Source of the DNA: an uncultured Chloroflexia bacterium
GTDB taxonomy: Bacteria; Chloroflexota; Dehalococcoidia; DSTF01; JACRBR01
Assembly (NCBI GenBank): GCA_963843685.1
Contig: CAWJLO010000008.1
Coordinates: 202,027-266,026, forward strand
Length of the DNA: 64,000 bases
Reading direction: 5' to 3'
A program made the position numbers and the translations under genes. Below are positions 8,650 to 18,548 of the stretch, piece after piece; positions within the stretch are counted from its first letter, which is position 1; each line of letters starts with the position of its first letter. The notes under the pieces were generated by a model. That model was not told the DNA's origin, ran no database searches, and saw only the letters and a list, made by a program, of their open reading frames with translations.

Positions 8650-9587
8650 TGGGCCATCCGTTCCTGACCGGCGCGTTCGTCGGCGCCGGATTCGACATCG
8701 CGGCCCGGGAGGTAGAACGCCAACGCACTCGTGAGCACCGTTGCGCACCACAGAAGCGCCGCGAGCGAAAGATGCGCAACGACGACCCCCGCCGCGAGAT
8801 CGGTCCAGATGTTCGCGGCACCCAGGAGGGCTTGCGCGATAAACGCCATCCCGGCGAAGACGGTGAGCGCGATCAGCGCCGGTTGCCGGCGGCGCTCCTC
8901 GAAGGCCACGTAGATCAGCGCCAGCAGCAGTATCCCGAGCAACCCGGCGAGCAAGCGGTGGAGCATGTGCAGCCCGACGGCGCTGCCTCCGCCTGGCAGC
9001 ACGCTCCCGTTGCAAAGGGGCCAGCCGTGGCACGCAAGCGATGCGTCCGTGCCGCTGATGTAGGACCCGAGCACGAGAGTCGCAAAGGCGGCACCCGCGC
9101 TCAACATCGCGAGGCGGCCGAACGCGGTCTCCGACGTCAGCGGCAGGGCCCGCACCCCCCGTTCGCGCATCAACGAGATCGTCAATGTCACGATCATCAC
9201 TCCCATGAACGCCATAGCAGTCGCCAAGTGCGTAGCGACGATGCCGGCGGGAAGCTCCTTCTTGACTGTCACGCCGCCGAGGATGATCTGCGCAAGCAGG
9301 AGGACGCCGGCGGCAAATGCAAGCCAGAAAACGAGCGGATGCTTACGCTCGGTTTTGAACGTAAAGAAGGTCACGCCGAGGAAGAGGAGTCCAACCACGA
9401 ACGCGGCGGTCCTGTGGGAGAATTCGATGAGCGTGTGCTCGTCCGCGGAGGGGACGAACTTGCCGTGGCAGGTTGGCCAGTCGGGGCATCCCAAACCAGA
9501 ACCAGTGGCGCGTACCGTGCCGCCGACCACCACCAGGACGAACGTGGCCACGATGGTGATCAGGAGCAGCCGCTGGAAGGAGGTCAT
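8637..9587 (-). CDS. ctaA: Heme A synthase (COX15/CtaA).
   Basis: Eight TM with two Cys pairs (GCPDWPTCHG, CHGWPLCNG) and conserved His. It overlaps the ctaB start by 13 nt. The start at M59 (9587) was chosen because the upstream sequence is not protein-like. Confidence 0.8.
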   Translation of the reverse strand: MTSFQRLLLITIVATFVLVVVGGTVRATGSGLGCPDWPTCHGKFVPSADEHTLIEFSHRTAAFVVGLLFLGVTFFTFKTERKHPLVFWLAFAAGVLLLAQIILGGVTVKKELPAGIVATHLATAMAFMGVMIVTLTISLMRERGVRALPLTSETAFGRLAMLSAGAAFATLVLGSYISGTDASLACHGWPLCNGSVLPGGGSAVGLHMLHRLLAGLLGILLLALIYVAFEERRRQPALIALTVFAGMAFIAQALLGAANIWTDLAAGVVVAHLSLAALLWCATVLTSALAFYLPGRDVESGADERAGQERMAQWVR

Positions 9588-9814
9588 AGCCGAGCGCGCG
9601 CAAGAGACCGGCGCGGTTTCACTCCTGACTGAAGGTGCGATACGGACATGAGGCCGTTCGTGACCGCCATCACGAGTAACACGAGGCACGTGCGGGGTCA
9701 AGCGAGATGGGAGTTCATGAAGGATCACCCGCCGCGTTGACACTGAACCGAACGCCGCCAAGAATAACTCGGCCTGACGGAGAGCGCTGAACGGGGAAGG
9801 AAGGTTGACACAAC

Positions 9815-10927
9815 ATGACGACTGGTAAGGCTGCGGTGCTGCTCGGCCCAGGCAAGGGCTACGAGATCCAGGAGTTCGACGTACCGGCGCCGGAGCCGGA
9901 CGGGATCATGGTCAAGGTGTCGATGGGTGGGATCTGCGGCTCCGACCTTCACATCTGGCGTGGCGACTCGCCGCTGTTCGCCGCGATGGCCGGTTCGGTG
10001 GCGGGCCACGAGATGACGGGGCGCGTGCACGCGCTGGGCTCCAACATCAAGACGGATTCGCTGGGAAGACCGTTGAAGGAGGGCGACCGCGTCGCCTACG
10101 CGTACTTCTACCCTTGCAACCGTTGTTACCAGTGCAACAAGGGGGAGTTCGCTACCTGCCCAGCGAAGCTGGCCACGATGGGACCGACAATCAGCCGGTT
10201 CAGCGGCGCCTACGGCGAGTACTACTACGTCAAGCCTGGCGGCTGGGTCTTCAAGGTGCCGGACGAGGTAACGGACGAGATGGCAACGCCGGTCAACTGC
10301 GCGCTGTCGCAGGTGACGTACGGATTGCAGAAGGCGGGGCTGCGCTACGGCGACACTGTCGTCGTGCAGGGGGCGGGCGGCCTTGGGCTGAACGCGATCG
10401 CGGTGGCGAAGGAGATGGGCGCTGACGCGGTGATCGCTATCGACGGGGTGCCGAGCCGCCTCGCACTGGCGAAGAAGTTTGGCGCGGACGAGGTCATCGA
10501 TATCACCGAGAACCCCGGACCGATGGATCGTATCGCGAAGGTGAAAGGGCTGACGAACGGCCGTGGCGGCGATGTCGTGGTGGAGGTCGTCGGCGTGCCG
10601 GCGGTGGTGCCTGAAGGGCTCCAGATGCTGCGCGAGGGCGGCACGTACCTCGAGATCGGGAACATCTCGTTCGGGCGGACGACGGAGATCGACCCGTCGC
10701 AGCTGGTTTGGGGTTCGAAGCGAATCCAGGGCGTGATCATGTACGACCCTTGGGTGATCCCGGAGGCGCTCGACTTCCTGGTCCGGACGAAGAACAAATA
10801 CCCGCACGGGGACGTGGTGTCGCACAAGTTCAAGCTGGACGACATCAACGAAGCGTTCAACAACAGCGAGTGGATGCGCGAGGGCGAAGCGACGAAGGTG
10901 AATCGCGCCGTCATCACGATGACCTAA
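9815..10927 (+). CDS. Zn-dependent alcohol dehydrogenase (MDR superfamily).
   Basis: GHEMTG and GGICGSDLH zinc-ADH motifs, a GAGGLG Rossmann motif, and an SD GAAGGAAGG. Confidence 0.9.
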   Translation: MTTGKAAVLLGPGKGYEIQEFDVPAPEPDGIMVKVSMGGICGSDLHIWRGDSPLFAAMAGSVAGHEMTGRVHALGSNIKTDSLGRPLKEGDRVAYAYFYPCNRCYQCNKGEFATCPAKLATMGPTISRFSGAYGEYYYVKPGGWVFKVPDEVTDEMATPVNCALSQVTYGLQKAGLRYGDTVVVQGAGGLGLNAIAVAKEMGADAVIAIDGVPSRLALAKKFGADEVIDITENPGPMDRIAKVKGLTNGRGGDVVVEVVGVPAVVPEGLQMLREGGTYLEIGNISFGRTTEIDPSQLVWGSKRIQGVIMYDPWVIPEALDFLVRTKNKYPHGDVVSHKFKLDDINEAFNNSEWMREGEATKVNRAVITMT

Positions 10928-10930
10928 GCG

Positions 10931-11332
10931 TCAGGATAGAACGACGTCCTTGACGTGCGTCGCGAGCCACCACTCGTTGCCCCAGCGGTCCTTCAACCCG
11001 GCGCTGCGGTCACCGTACGATTGATCGGCAGGCTCGCGGAGCGACTCGCATCCCGCGTCGAGCGCCCGACGGTAGGCGGCATCTACGTCCGGGACATAGA
11101 GGTGCAGCATCGCGGTTTTCGTGCGGGCGGCGTCGGTGGCCGAGGCAAGCATTACTACCGAGTCGCCGATTTGCACCTCCGCGTGCATAATCGCACCCCC
11201 TTCGCCAGGCATCCGCATCCGCTCGGTTGCACCGAGCGCGCGCCCGAGGAAGTCGATGAACTCGGGCGCGTCGGGGACGATGAGATATGGCGTCACGGTG
11301 TGGTAGCCATCGGGGATCGGATTTACGGCCAT
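10931..11332 (-). CDS. VOC/glyoxalase family protein.
   Basis: 133 aa with glyoxalase-like betaalphabetabetabeta sequence (YHTVTPYLIV..., HAEVQIGD). Confidence 0.75.
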   Translation of the reverse strand: MAVNPIPDGYHTVTPYLIVPDAPEFIDFLGRALGATERMRMPGEGGAIMHAEVQIGDSVVMLASATDAARTKTAMLHLYVPDVDAAYRRALDAGCESLREPADQSYGDRSAGLKDRWGNEWWLATHVKDVVLS

Positions 11333-11334
11333 GG

Positions 11335-12573
11335 TCAGCGCTCCAGGATGTGAACTGCCATCGCGGCAGCCTCGCCGCGCATCATGCCGCCGCCGTTCTG
11401 GGTGAGGCCGATCTTCGCGTTGCCGCCCTTCACCTGGCGGTCGCCGGCGTCGCCGCGGAGCTGCCAGAAGATCTCGGTGAGCTGCGCGCAGCCGGTAGCA
11501 CCGATGGGATGGCCCTTCGAGAGCAGACCACCGCTGGGGTTCACGGGAATCCTGCCGTGGATGGCGGTGGTGCCCTCTTCGATCAGCTTGCCGCCTTCGC
11601 CAACCTTGCAGAGCCCCAGCTCCTCGTACTCCATGAGCTCAGCGGGGGCCGATGCATCGTGCAGCTCGATGACGTCGACATCGTCGGGGCCGACGCCGGC
11701 CATCTCGTAGGCCTTCCTGGCCATCCGGGTGGTTACGCCTGGCTCGCCGGGCGCGCGGTCCTTGCCCGACCCGAGGATTGAGGCGGTGACCCAGACGGGC
11801 TTGGTCGTGAGCTGGCGGGCCTTCTCTTCGGAACAGAGGACGAGCGCGGCCGCGCCATCGCCGATTGGCGAACACATGAGGCGCGTGAGCGGCTCGGCCA
11901 CCATCGGCGAGTTGAGGATGTCCTCGACGCTGTACGTCTCCCGGTACTGCGCGTACGGGTTGAGCGATGCATTCTGGTGACTCTTGACGGCGATCTTGGC
12001 GAATTGCACCGCCGTGGTCCCGTGGCGTTTCATGTGCTCGCGGGCGCTGGCAGCGTAGAAGTCCATGAACATCGAGCGCTTCTCGCCGGCGCCCTCGCCC
12101 GCGTCCGCGGGCTTGTCGCCCTCCTTGCGGCCGCGCGCAGCCGTGGCCTTGAGCAGATCCTGGATGGCGGTCATATCCACGGCGGAACCGATGGCCTGGA
12201 ATGAGCGCCGCTTGTCTTCGTGGTAGAGCTTCTCGACCCCGAGGGCGAGGACGCAGTCGTACATGCCGGAGGCGACGTACATCCACGCGAGGTGGAACGC
12301 CGTCGACGAGCTTGCGCAGGCGTTCTCGGTGTTGATCATCGGGATGTCACCGAAGCCCATCTCGCGAAGGATGACCTGCGCCTTGATCATCTCCTGACCG
12401 GTAATCAGGCCGGCGGTGGCGTTGCCGACGATCGCGGCTTCGATCGCAGGCTTGTCGACGCCTGCCTCCTTCATTGCCGCCTCAACCGCCTCACGGCCGA
12501 GGTCTTTGAGGGTCTTGTCCATCCACTTGCCGAAGCGCGTCATGCCGGCGCCGACGACTGCCACTCTGCGCAT
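11335..12573 (-). CDS. Thiolase-family protein (SCP-x/lipid-transfer-type thiolase).
   Basis: MRRVAVVGAGMTRFGK start with GGAAAGGA SD. Thiolase active-site Cys context (NTENACASSS) and GHPIGATG near the C-terminus. The longer upstream ORF is not protein-like. Confidence 0.8.
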   Translation of the reverse strand: MRRVAVVGAGMTRFGKWMDKTLKDLGREAVEAAMKEAGVDKPAIEAAIVGNATAGLITGQEMIKAQVILREMGFGDIPMINTENACASSSTAFHLAWMYVASGMYDCVLALGVEKLYHEDKRRSFQAIGSAVDMTAIQDLLKATAARGRKEGDKPADAGEGAGEKRSMFMDFYAASAREHMKRHGTTAVQFAKIAVKSHQNASLNPYAQYRETYSVEDILNSPMVAEPLTRLMCSPIGDGAAALVLCSEEKARQLTTKPVWVTASILGSGKDRAPGEPGVTTRMARKAYEMAGVGPDDVDVIELHDASAPAELMEYEELGLCKVGEGGKLIEEGTTAIHGRIPVNPSGGLLSKGHPIGATGCAQLTEIFWQLRGDAGDRQVKGGNAKIGLTQNGGGMMRGEAAAMAVHILER

Positions 12574-12928
12574 ATCAAAGGTCCTTTCCGAACCCGCGCT
12601 GTGCGGGCCTCCCGTCATCTTAGGACGGCCGAGGGTCGATCTGCTACCGCTCTGTGTCACCACGCCGTCCGGGCGCCACGCTGGCCGAGGGCGTGACGCA
12701 GACGCCGGGCAGAGAGCCCGCCTCCAGAGATTAGTTGACCGTATTATTACCCGTCGCGAGTCTGTAGTTGACAGATTACATTCGTTTGGCACTTTTTCAT
12801 TCTCCGTGGTCCCGGGCGGTCAACGGACCATCGCTTCGCGCCAAAGATACGCGAGCCGAGCATGCCATCCTCGCACACCTGCCGCGCGACCTCCGAGCGT
12901 TTCGTGACACTCACTCACGGGATACGAA

Positions 12929-12960
12929 CACGGCCCCGGAGCCGTGCTCCGGGGCCGTCG
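12929..12960 (-). terminator. Hairpin immediately downstream of the acetyl-CoA acetyltransferase gene.
   Basis: Perfect 11-12 bp GC stem CGGCCCCGGAG / CTCCGGGGCCG with a 5-nt loop. Confidence 0.5.
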
Positions 12961-12984
12961 CGTCATCAGTTGAGCGCGAGCTGA

Positions 12985-14136
12985 CTAGAGGCGCTCGATG
13001 ATGGTGGCGGTGCCGATGCCGCCGCCGCAGCACATGACCTCGTGGCCGTAGCGGCCGCCGGTGCGCTCCAGCTCGTGCAAGAGCGTCGTCATCAGTCGGG
13101 CGCCGGTGCAGCCGAGCGGGTGGCCGAGGGCGATGGCACCGCCGTTGACGTTCGTCTTCGCCAGGTCGTAGCCAGTCTCCTTCTGCCAAGCGAGGACGAC
13201 GGCGGCGAACGCCTCGTTGATCTCGACGCGGTCGATGTCGGAGAGCTTGAGGCCGGCCTTCTTCAGCACGGCCGGGGTGGCCGTGATCGGGCCGGTCAGC
13301 ATGAGGTGCGGGTCCGAGCCGACAACCGCCTGGGCAACGATGCGCGCACGCGGCTTGAGGCCAAGCTCCTTCGCCTTCTCGGCGGACATCAACAGTACGG
13401 CAGAGGCGCCATCGGTGATTTGGCTGGAGTTCCCGGCGTGGTGGAGGCCGTCCTCACCGAACGACGGCGCGAGGCTGCCGAGCTTCTCGAGCGTGGACTC
13501 GCGGATACCTTCGTCGACCTTGAAGACGCCCTTCACGCCCTCGTGCTCGACCTCGACGGGCGTGATCTCCTTCTCAAACTTTCCGGCATCGCGGGCGGCC
13601 TTCGCGCGCTCCTGGCTCTGGAGGGCGAACTCATCGAGCTGCTGGCGAGAGAGGCCCCACTTGCGGGCGATGTTGTCGGCAGCGACGCCCTGAGACGTGA
13701 GGTCGTACTCGGTGCGCATGTGCTCAGTGAAAGGGAAGCCGGCGACCTTGAAGTTCGAGCCCATCGGCACGCGGGACATCACCTCAGTGCCACCACCGAT
13801 CGCGACATCGACGACGCCCGAGGCGATGAGGTTGGCGGCGAAGTGGATGGCCTGCTGGCCAGATCCACACTGGCGGTCAACGGTGGTGCCGGGGATCTCG
13901 ATGGGGAAGTCGGCCTCGAGGACGATGTTGCGCCCGATGTTGGCGGCCTGCTCTCCGACCTGGGAGACGTTGCCCCAGACGACGTCTTCGACGATGCGGG
14001 GTTCGACGCCCGCGCGCTTGACAACTTCCTTGAGCACGTGGGCGCCGAGGGCGACCGGGTGCGTCCCAGAGAGCATGCCGTTGCGGCGGCCCATCGCCGT
14101 GCGCACGGCCTCGATGATGACTACGTCCTGAGGCAA
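12985..14136 (-). CDS. Acetyl-CoA C-acetyltransferase (thiolase II).
   Basis: 383 aa with classical thiolase motifs ([30 protein letters not shown]). Confidence 0.9.
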   Translation of the reverse strand: MPQDVVIIEAVRTAMGRRNGMLSGTHPVALGAHVLKEVVKRAGVEPRIVEDVVWGNVSQVGEQAANIGRNIVLEADFPIEIPGTTVDRQCGSGQQAIHFAANLIASGVVDVAIGGGTEVMSRVPMGSNFKVAGFPFTEHMRTEYDLTSQGVAADNIARKWGLSRQQLDEFALQSQERAKAARDAGKFEKEITPVEVEHEGVKGVFKVDEGIRESTLEKLGSLAPSFGEDGLHHAGNSSQITDGASAVLLMSAEKAKELGLKPRARIVAQAVVGSDPHLMLTGPITATPAVLKKAGLKLSDIDRVEINEAFAAVVLAWQKETGYDLAKTNVNGGAIALGHPLGCTGARLMTTLLHELERTGGRYGHEVMCCGGGIGTATIIERL

Positions 14137-14270
14137 GGCGTTCCTCCTGTGTTCTCGGATTGGGATGATGAAGATTGCATTCCAGTGTACTACCGGCTGC
14201 GTATTCCGCCTACCCCCGTTTCAGGTGCGATGCGGAAAACGAAGGGAACCGGGAGACGAGTGCGGAGGGG

Positions 14271-15077
14271 TTGACACGTGACTATACAGTCACCTATTAT
14301 CACGTCGTGGCGGACGACGATGCCGTATTCAAGGCCCTGGCGGATCCGACCCGACGAGGACTCCTCGACCGGCTCTTCGAGCGTGACGGCCGCACGCTGC
14401 GGGAGCTGACGGACGAGCAGGAGATGACGCGATTCGGCGTCATGAAGCACCTGCGCGTGCTGGAGGAGGCGGGACTCGTCGTGGCGCGGCGCTCCGGACG
14501 CGAGAAGCGGCACTATCTGAACCCGGTGCCGATCAAGCTCATCCACGACCGATGGATCGAGAAGTACCGGGAGCCATACGCATCAACCCTGGCGGACTTG
14601 AAAAGAGATCTGGAGGAAGACGTGACCACGGCGACGGCAGCGACGGTACAGGTGTACCAAGTGTTCATCAAGGCGACGGCGCAGGCGATCTGGGACGGGA
14701 TCACGAAGCCGGAGTTCACATCGAAGTACTTTCACGGGACCCTGGTGGAGACAACAGGCGAGGCGGGGACGCCGATCCGCTATTACGCGGCGGACCGGAC
14801 GAGCCTGCTCTGCGACGACGTGGTGATCGAGTCGGATCCACCACACAGGCTCGTCACCACATGGCACGCGCTGTGGAGCGAGGAGACGGCCGCCGAGGAC
14901 GCGAGCCGCGTTACCTGGGAGATCGAAGAGCAGGATGGGGGCGTCTGCCTGCTGCGCGTGACCCACGACAAGCTGGAGAACTCGCCGAAGACGGCGGAGT
15001 CCGTGTCTGGCGGCTGGATGCACATCATCAGCGGGCTGAAGACGCTGCTCGAGACGGGCGAGCCGATGAGCGCGTAG
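14271..15077 (+). CDS. ArsR-family transcriptional regulator fused to an SRPBCC (AHSA1/Aha1-like) domain.
   Basis: wHTH region LADPTRRGLLDRL...MTRFGVMKHLRVLEEAGLV followed by an SRPBCC-like domain. The start is uncertain: TTG at 14271 with GGAGG, or GTG at 14308. Confidence 0.7.
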   Translation: MTRDYTVTYYHVVADDDAVFKALADPTRRGLLDRLFERDGRTLRELTDEQEMTRFGVMKHLRVLEEAGLVVARRSGREKRHYLNPVPIKLIHDRWIEKYREPYASTLADLKRDLEEDVTTATAATVQVYQVFIKATAQAIWDGITKPEFTSKYFHGTLVETTGEAGTPIRYYAADRTSLLCDDVVIESDPPHRLVTTWHALWSEETAAEDASRVTWEIEEQDGGVCLLRVTHDKLENSPKTAESVSGGWMHIISGLKTLLETGEPMSA

Positions 15078-15189
15078 CGGGCGTGGGCGGTTGGCGTTTC
15101 TTCCCGTCGCCAACCGCCCTCCGCCTCGCAGGTGGCCGCACTGATTCACACACCTTGTCCGAAGGGGCGGCCGAACGTACCTTGGCGGC

Positions 15190-15933
15190 ATGAGCGACCG
15201 CCCCATCGCTGACGCTGACGCGAACCCCAAGACGGTTCCGGCGCCCATCGACCCGATGGCGTATTACTTCCAGGATGTGCTGCTCCTGAGCAAGAAGGAC
15301 GCGGTACGGCTGTACTTCATCCGGCACGGGCAATCCGAGAACAACCAGGCACGCGTCGAGGGGCGGCTGGGGACGTTCGACCCGCCACTGACGAAGGTCG
15401 GTGAGGCGCAGGCCGAACGCGTCGGCGAGCGGCTCGCGGCGTACGGTGTCGACGCGATCTACGCGAGCCCGCTGAAGCGGGCGTACGACACGGTGCTGCC
15501 GATCGCCAAGCGCACGGGGCACGAGATCCAGGTGATCGAAGACCTGCAGGAGATCAACGAACCGACGAAGGAAGGCAGCATCGACCCGAACGAGAACCGG
15601 ATGGACGCTGACCACCGGGCTATCAAGGCGCGATTCGAGCTGGAGCCGACGTGGGACAACCTTCCCGGCGGCGAGTCTACGTCGCACTTCCGGGATCGCA
15701 TCGGGCGGGCCGTAGCGCAGATCGTGGAGGAGTGCCCGGGGAAGCGAGTGGCGATCGGCTGCCACGGCGGCGTCATCCAGACGTACGTGGCGATGGTGCT
15801 GGGGCTCGAGAAGAATGACTTCCCGTTCTATGCGTTCAACGGCTCGATCACGTCGATCCGGGCCTGGCAGGACAAGCGAGCCCTCTGGCGGCTGAATGAT
15901 CTCGGCCACCTGGAGGGCGTGCAGATGACGTGA
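15190..15933 (+). CDS. Histidine phosphatase family protein (phosphoglycerate mutase-like).
   Basis: RHGQSENN catalytic motif and a CHGGVIQ motif. Confidence 0.85.
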   Translation: MSDRPIADADANPKTVPAPIDPMAYYFQDVLLLSKKDAVRLYFIRHGQSENNQARVEGRLGTFDPPLTKVGEAQAERVGERLAAYGVDAIYASPLKRAYDTVLPIAKRTGHEIQVIEDLQEINEPTKEGSIDPNENRMDADHRAIKARFELEPTWDNLPGGESTSHFRDRIGRAVAQIVEECPGKRVAIGCHGGVIQTYVAMVLGLEKNDFPFYAFNGSITSIRAWQDKRALWRLNDLGHLEGVQMT

Positions 15934-15999
15934 GGAGCCGGCCGGCTCTCAGCAGTTCAGCCTGTCAGCACTTCAGACTGTTGGCCACGTCGCAGGTCC

Positions 16000-16767
16000 A
16001 TGGCTGAGATCGCCTCCGCAAAGCTCAGCATCCGTCCCGACCTGCTGCCATCCGGGCCAGAGGCCCGCGTACTGGACGTCGGCTGCGGCGACGGTCGCCA
16101 CATCCTGGAGGCGGCGCGGCGCGGCTGCTTCGCCGTGGGTGTCGATTACGACGCGGGCGAGCTGGCGAAGGCACGGCTGCGGCTGCGAGGCGTACGCGTG
16201 GACCTGATGGCGGCCGATGCGTCGCGTCTGCCGCTTCGGGATGGAGTCTTCGACGCAACGATCTGCACCGAGACGCTGGAACACCTCCCGGACGACGAGG
16301 GGGCGATGCGCGAGATCGCCCGGACGCTGGCCGCGGGCGGGACGCTGCTCGGGGCTGTGCCGTCGCACTTCACGGAGATGGTGTACTGGAAGTTGTCACG
16401 CGGTTACTGGGACACGCCAGGCGGGCACGTGCGCGTCTACAGGCCGCGCGAGCTGGCTTCGAAGCTGCGCCGCGCGGGGCTCTCGATAACGGGCGTACGT
16501 TACGTCCACTTCATCGACTCGTTGATCTGGCTTCGGTTCTGCATCGCGGATTTCCTGCGGCGCGACAGGCCACGCTCAGGCTTCGAGGCGGCGGTCATGC
16601 TCGCAGAGGCGGCGGAGCAACCGGTCTCGACGTGGCGGACGCGACTTCGCGCCGCGGTGAGCACGTCGCGACTGATCGCGCTGATCGATGCGGGGGGAGC
16701 GTTCGTGTGGCCGAAGAGCCTGACGTTCGTCGCGCGGAAGGACGGGCGACCCACCGTCACACGTTGA
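16000..16767 (+). CDS. Class I SAM-dependent methyltransferase.
   Basis: VLDVGCGDGR glycine-rich SAM motif. Confidence 0.8.
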   Translation: MAEIASAKLSIRPDLLPSGPEARVLDVGCGDGRHILEAARRGCFAVGVDYDAGELAKARLRLRGVRVDLMAADASRLPLRDGVFDATICTETLEHLPDDEGAMREIARTLAAGGTLLGAVPSHFTEMVYWKLSRGYWDTPGGHVRVYRPRELASKLRRAGLSITGVRYVHFIDSLIWLRFCIADFLRRDRPRSGFEAAVMLAEAAEQPVSTWRTRLRAAVSTSRLIALIDAGGAFVWPKSLTFVARKDGRPTVTR

Positions 16768-16850
16768 GACATACGGCGGGGCTTGCCGGCTGTCGAGACT
16801 GCTATCATGGACGGACGCCACCATCCCGCCCGTCTCGTCACGGAGGTGAG

Positions 16851-18291
16851 AGTGACTGACGCCGGACACCTGTCCGAGGCCTTCTTTCGAGACCGCTACG
16901 CCATCGACCCGGCGGTCGCTTCCGACCTCCTCGGCGTGGCGCTGAGCCGGGGCGGCGAGCACACCGAGTTGTTCTTCGAGCATCGGCAGGGATCGAACAT
17001 CACGTTCGAGCAAGAAGCCGTGAAGTCGGCATCGCGCAGCACGACGCAGGGTGTCGGAGTACGGGTGATCCAGGGCGACGCGATCGGCTACGCGTACAGC
17101 GAGGACCTGAGCCGGGAGTCGATGCGGCGGGCGGCGGACACGGCTGCGCGGATCGCGTCGCGCGGCGACCGGCCGCAACCCGTCGACGTGATGCACTACG
17201 AGTCGGCGGACTATTACCAGCCGGCGGCCAGCACCGTGAGTGTCGCGCCGGCGGACAAGGTGGAGCTGATCCGACGGGCCGACCGGGCGGCGCGGGCGTT
17301 CGACGCGACGATCGCGCGGGTGGACATCAATTTCATCGACGAACTGAAGCACGTGCTCATCGTCTCCAGCGATGGGCGGATGACGGGCGACGTGCAGCCG
17401 CTGGTCCGGTTCAACGTGAGCTGCCTCTCGGAGAAGGAGGGGAGCCGGCAGACGGCGCGCTGGGGCGGCGGCGGCCGGATGGGGATGCGCTACTTCGAAA
17501 CGAGCACGCCGGAGTCGCTGGCGCAGGAGGCAGCACGCCAGGCCGTCGTGCTGCAGTCGGCAATCGAGGCGCCGGCGGGCACGTTTCCGGTGGTGCTGGC
17601 CGCGGGCGACAGCGGGATCCTCCTGCATGAGGCGATTGGCCACGGGCTGGAGGCGGACTTCAACCGAAAGAAGACGAGCAACTACAGCGACCAGATCGGC
17701 AACGTGGTCGCTTCTCCGCTGTGCACGGTCGTCGACGACGGCACGATCGAGGACAGCCGTGGCAGCATCAACATCGACGACGAGGGCAACCTGCCGGGGT
17801 ACAACGTGCTGATCGAGGACGGCGTGCTGCGCGGATACCTGCAGGACCGGATGAGCACGAAGCACTTCGGCGTGGGTCCGACGGGCAACGGGCGGCGGCA
17901 GTCGTTCAAGCATCACCCGATGCCCCGGATGACGAACACGTACATGCTGGCAGGAGAGTCGTCGCAGGAGGACATCGTCCGCTCCGTCGACCGGGGGATC
18001 TACTGCGTGTCGTTCAACGGCGGCAGCGTGAACATCAGTAACGGCGACTTCGTCTTCAGCGTGACCGAGGGGTATATGATCGAAGGCGGACGCGTGACAG
18101 CACCGATCCGTAACGTGAACCTGATCGGCAACGGACCTGACGTGCTGCGGAAAGTGACGGCGGTCGGCAGCGACTTCAAGCTGAGCGACGGGCGCTGGAC
18201 GTGCGGGAAGGACGGGCAGTCGGTACCGGTCGGCGTGGGTATCCCGACAACGCTGATCAGCGGGATGACGGTCGGCGGCACGGCGGCGTAA
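16851..18291 (+). CDS. tldD: TldD-family metalloprotease.
   Basis: HEAIGHGLE motif. GTG at 16851 is preceded by GGAGGTGA and gives ~480 aa. Alternative starts are TTG at 16783 or ATG at 16807. Confidence 0.85.
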
Positions 18292-18357
18292 CGAAGAGCA
18301 GATCGGCGGCGTTTCCGCCGAACAATGAATCGAACGTACCGGGAAGGGAGTCTAGAC

Positions 18358-18463
18358 ATGAAGAAGCTGGTTATTCTCGTAGCACTGATCGCGATCGCGG
18401 CGTTCGCGTTCTCGAAGTTCAGCGGCGGCGGCGAGCAGGAAGAGCACGAGTTCGGCGCGTAGC
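18358..18463 (+). CDS. Small 34-aa protein (MKKLVILVALIAIAAFAFSKFSGGGEQEEHEFGA) between tldD and pmbA.
   Basis: Strong SD GGGAAGGGAG 8 nt upstream of the ATG. It has a hydrophobic N-terminal segment and an acidic tail. It is below the ORF-track cutoff. Confidence 0.5.
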
Positions 18464-18548
18464 CCGCATCACTCTGCATTGTCCCGGATAACTTCCGCGC
18501 GACGAGCGCGCTGCGCGTCGGCGTGAGCCGTGTGCGCATCGGAATCGT

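Noticed and set aside
15028-15909. 293-aa minus-strand ORF overlapping the histidine phosphatase gene.
   Set aside because: Antisense GC-frame artefact. The + strand carries the RHG phosphatase motif.
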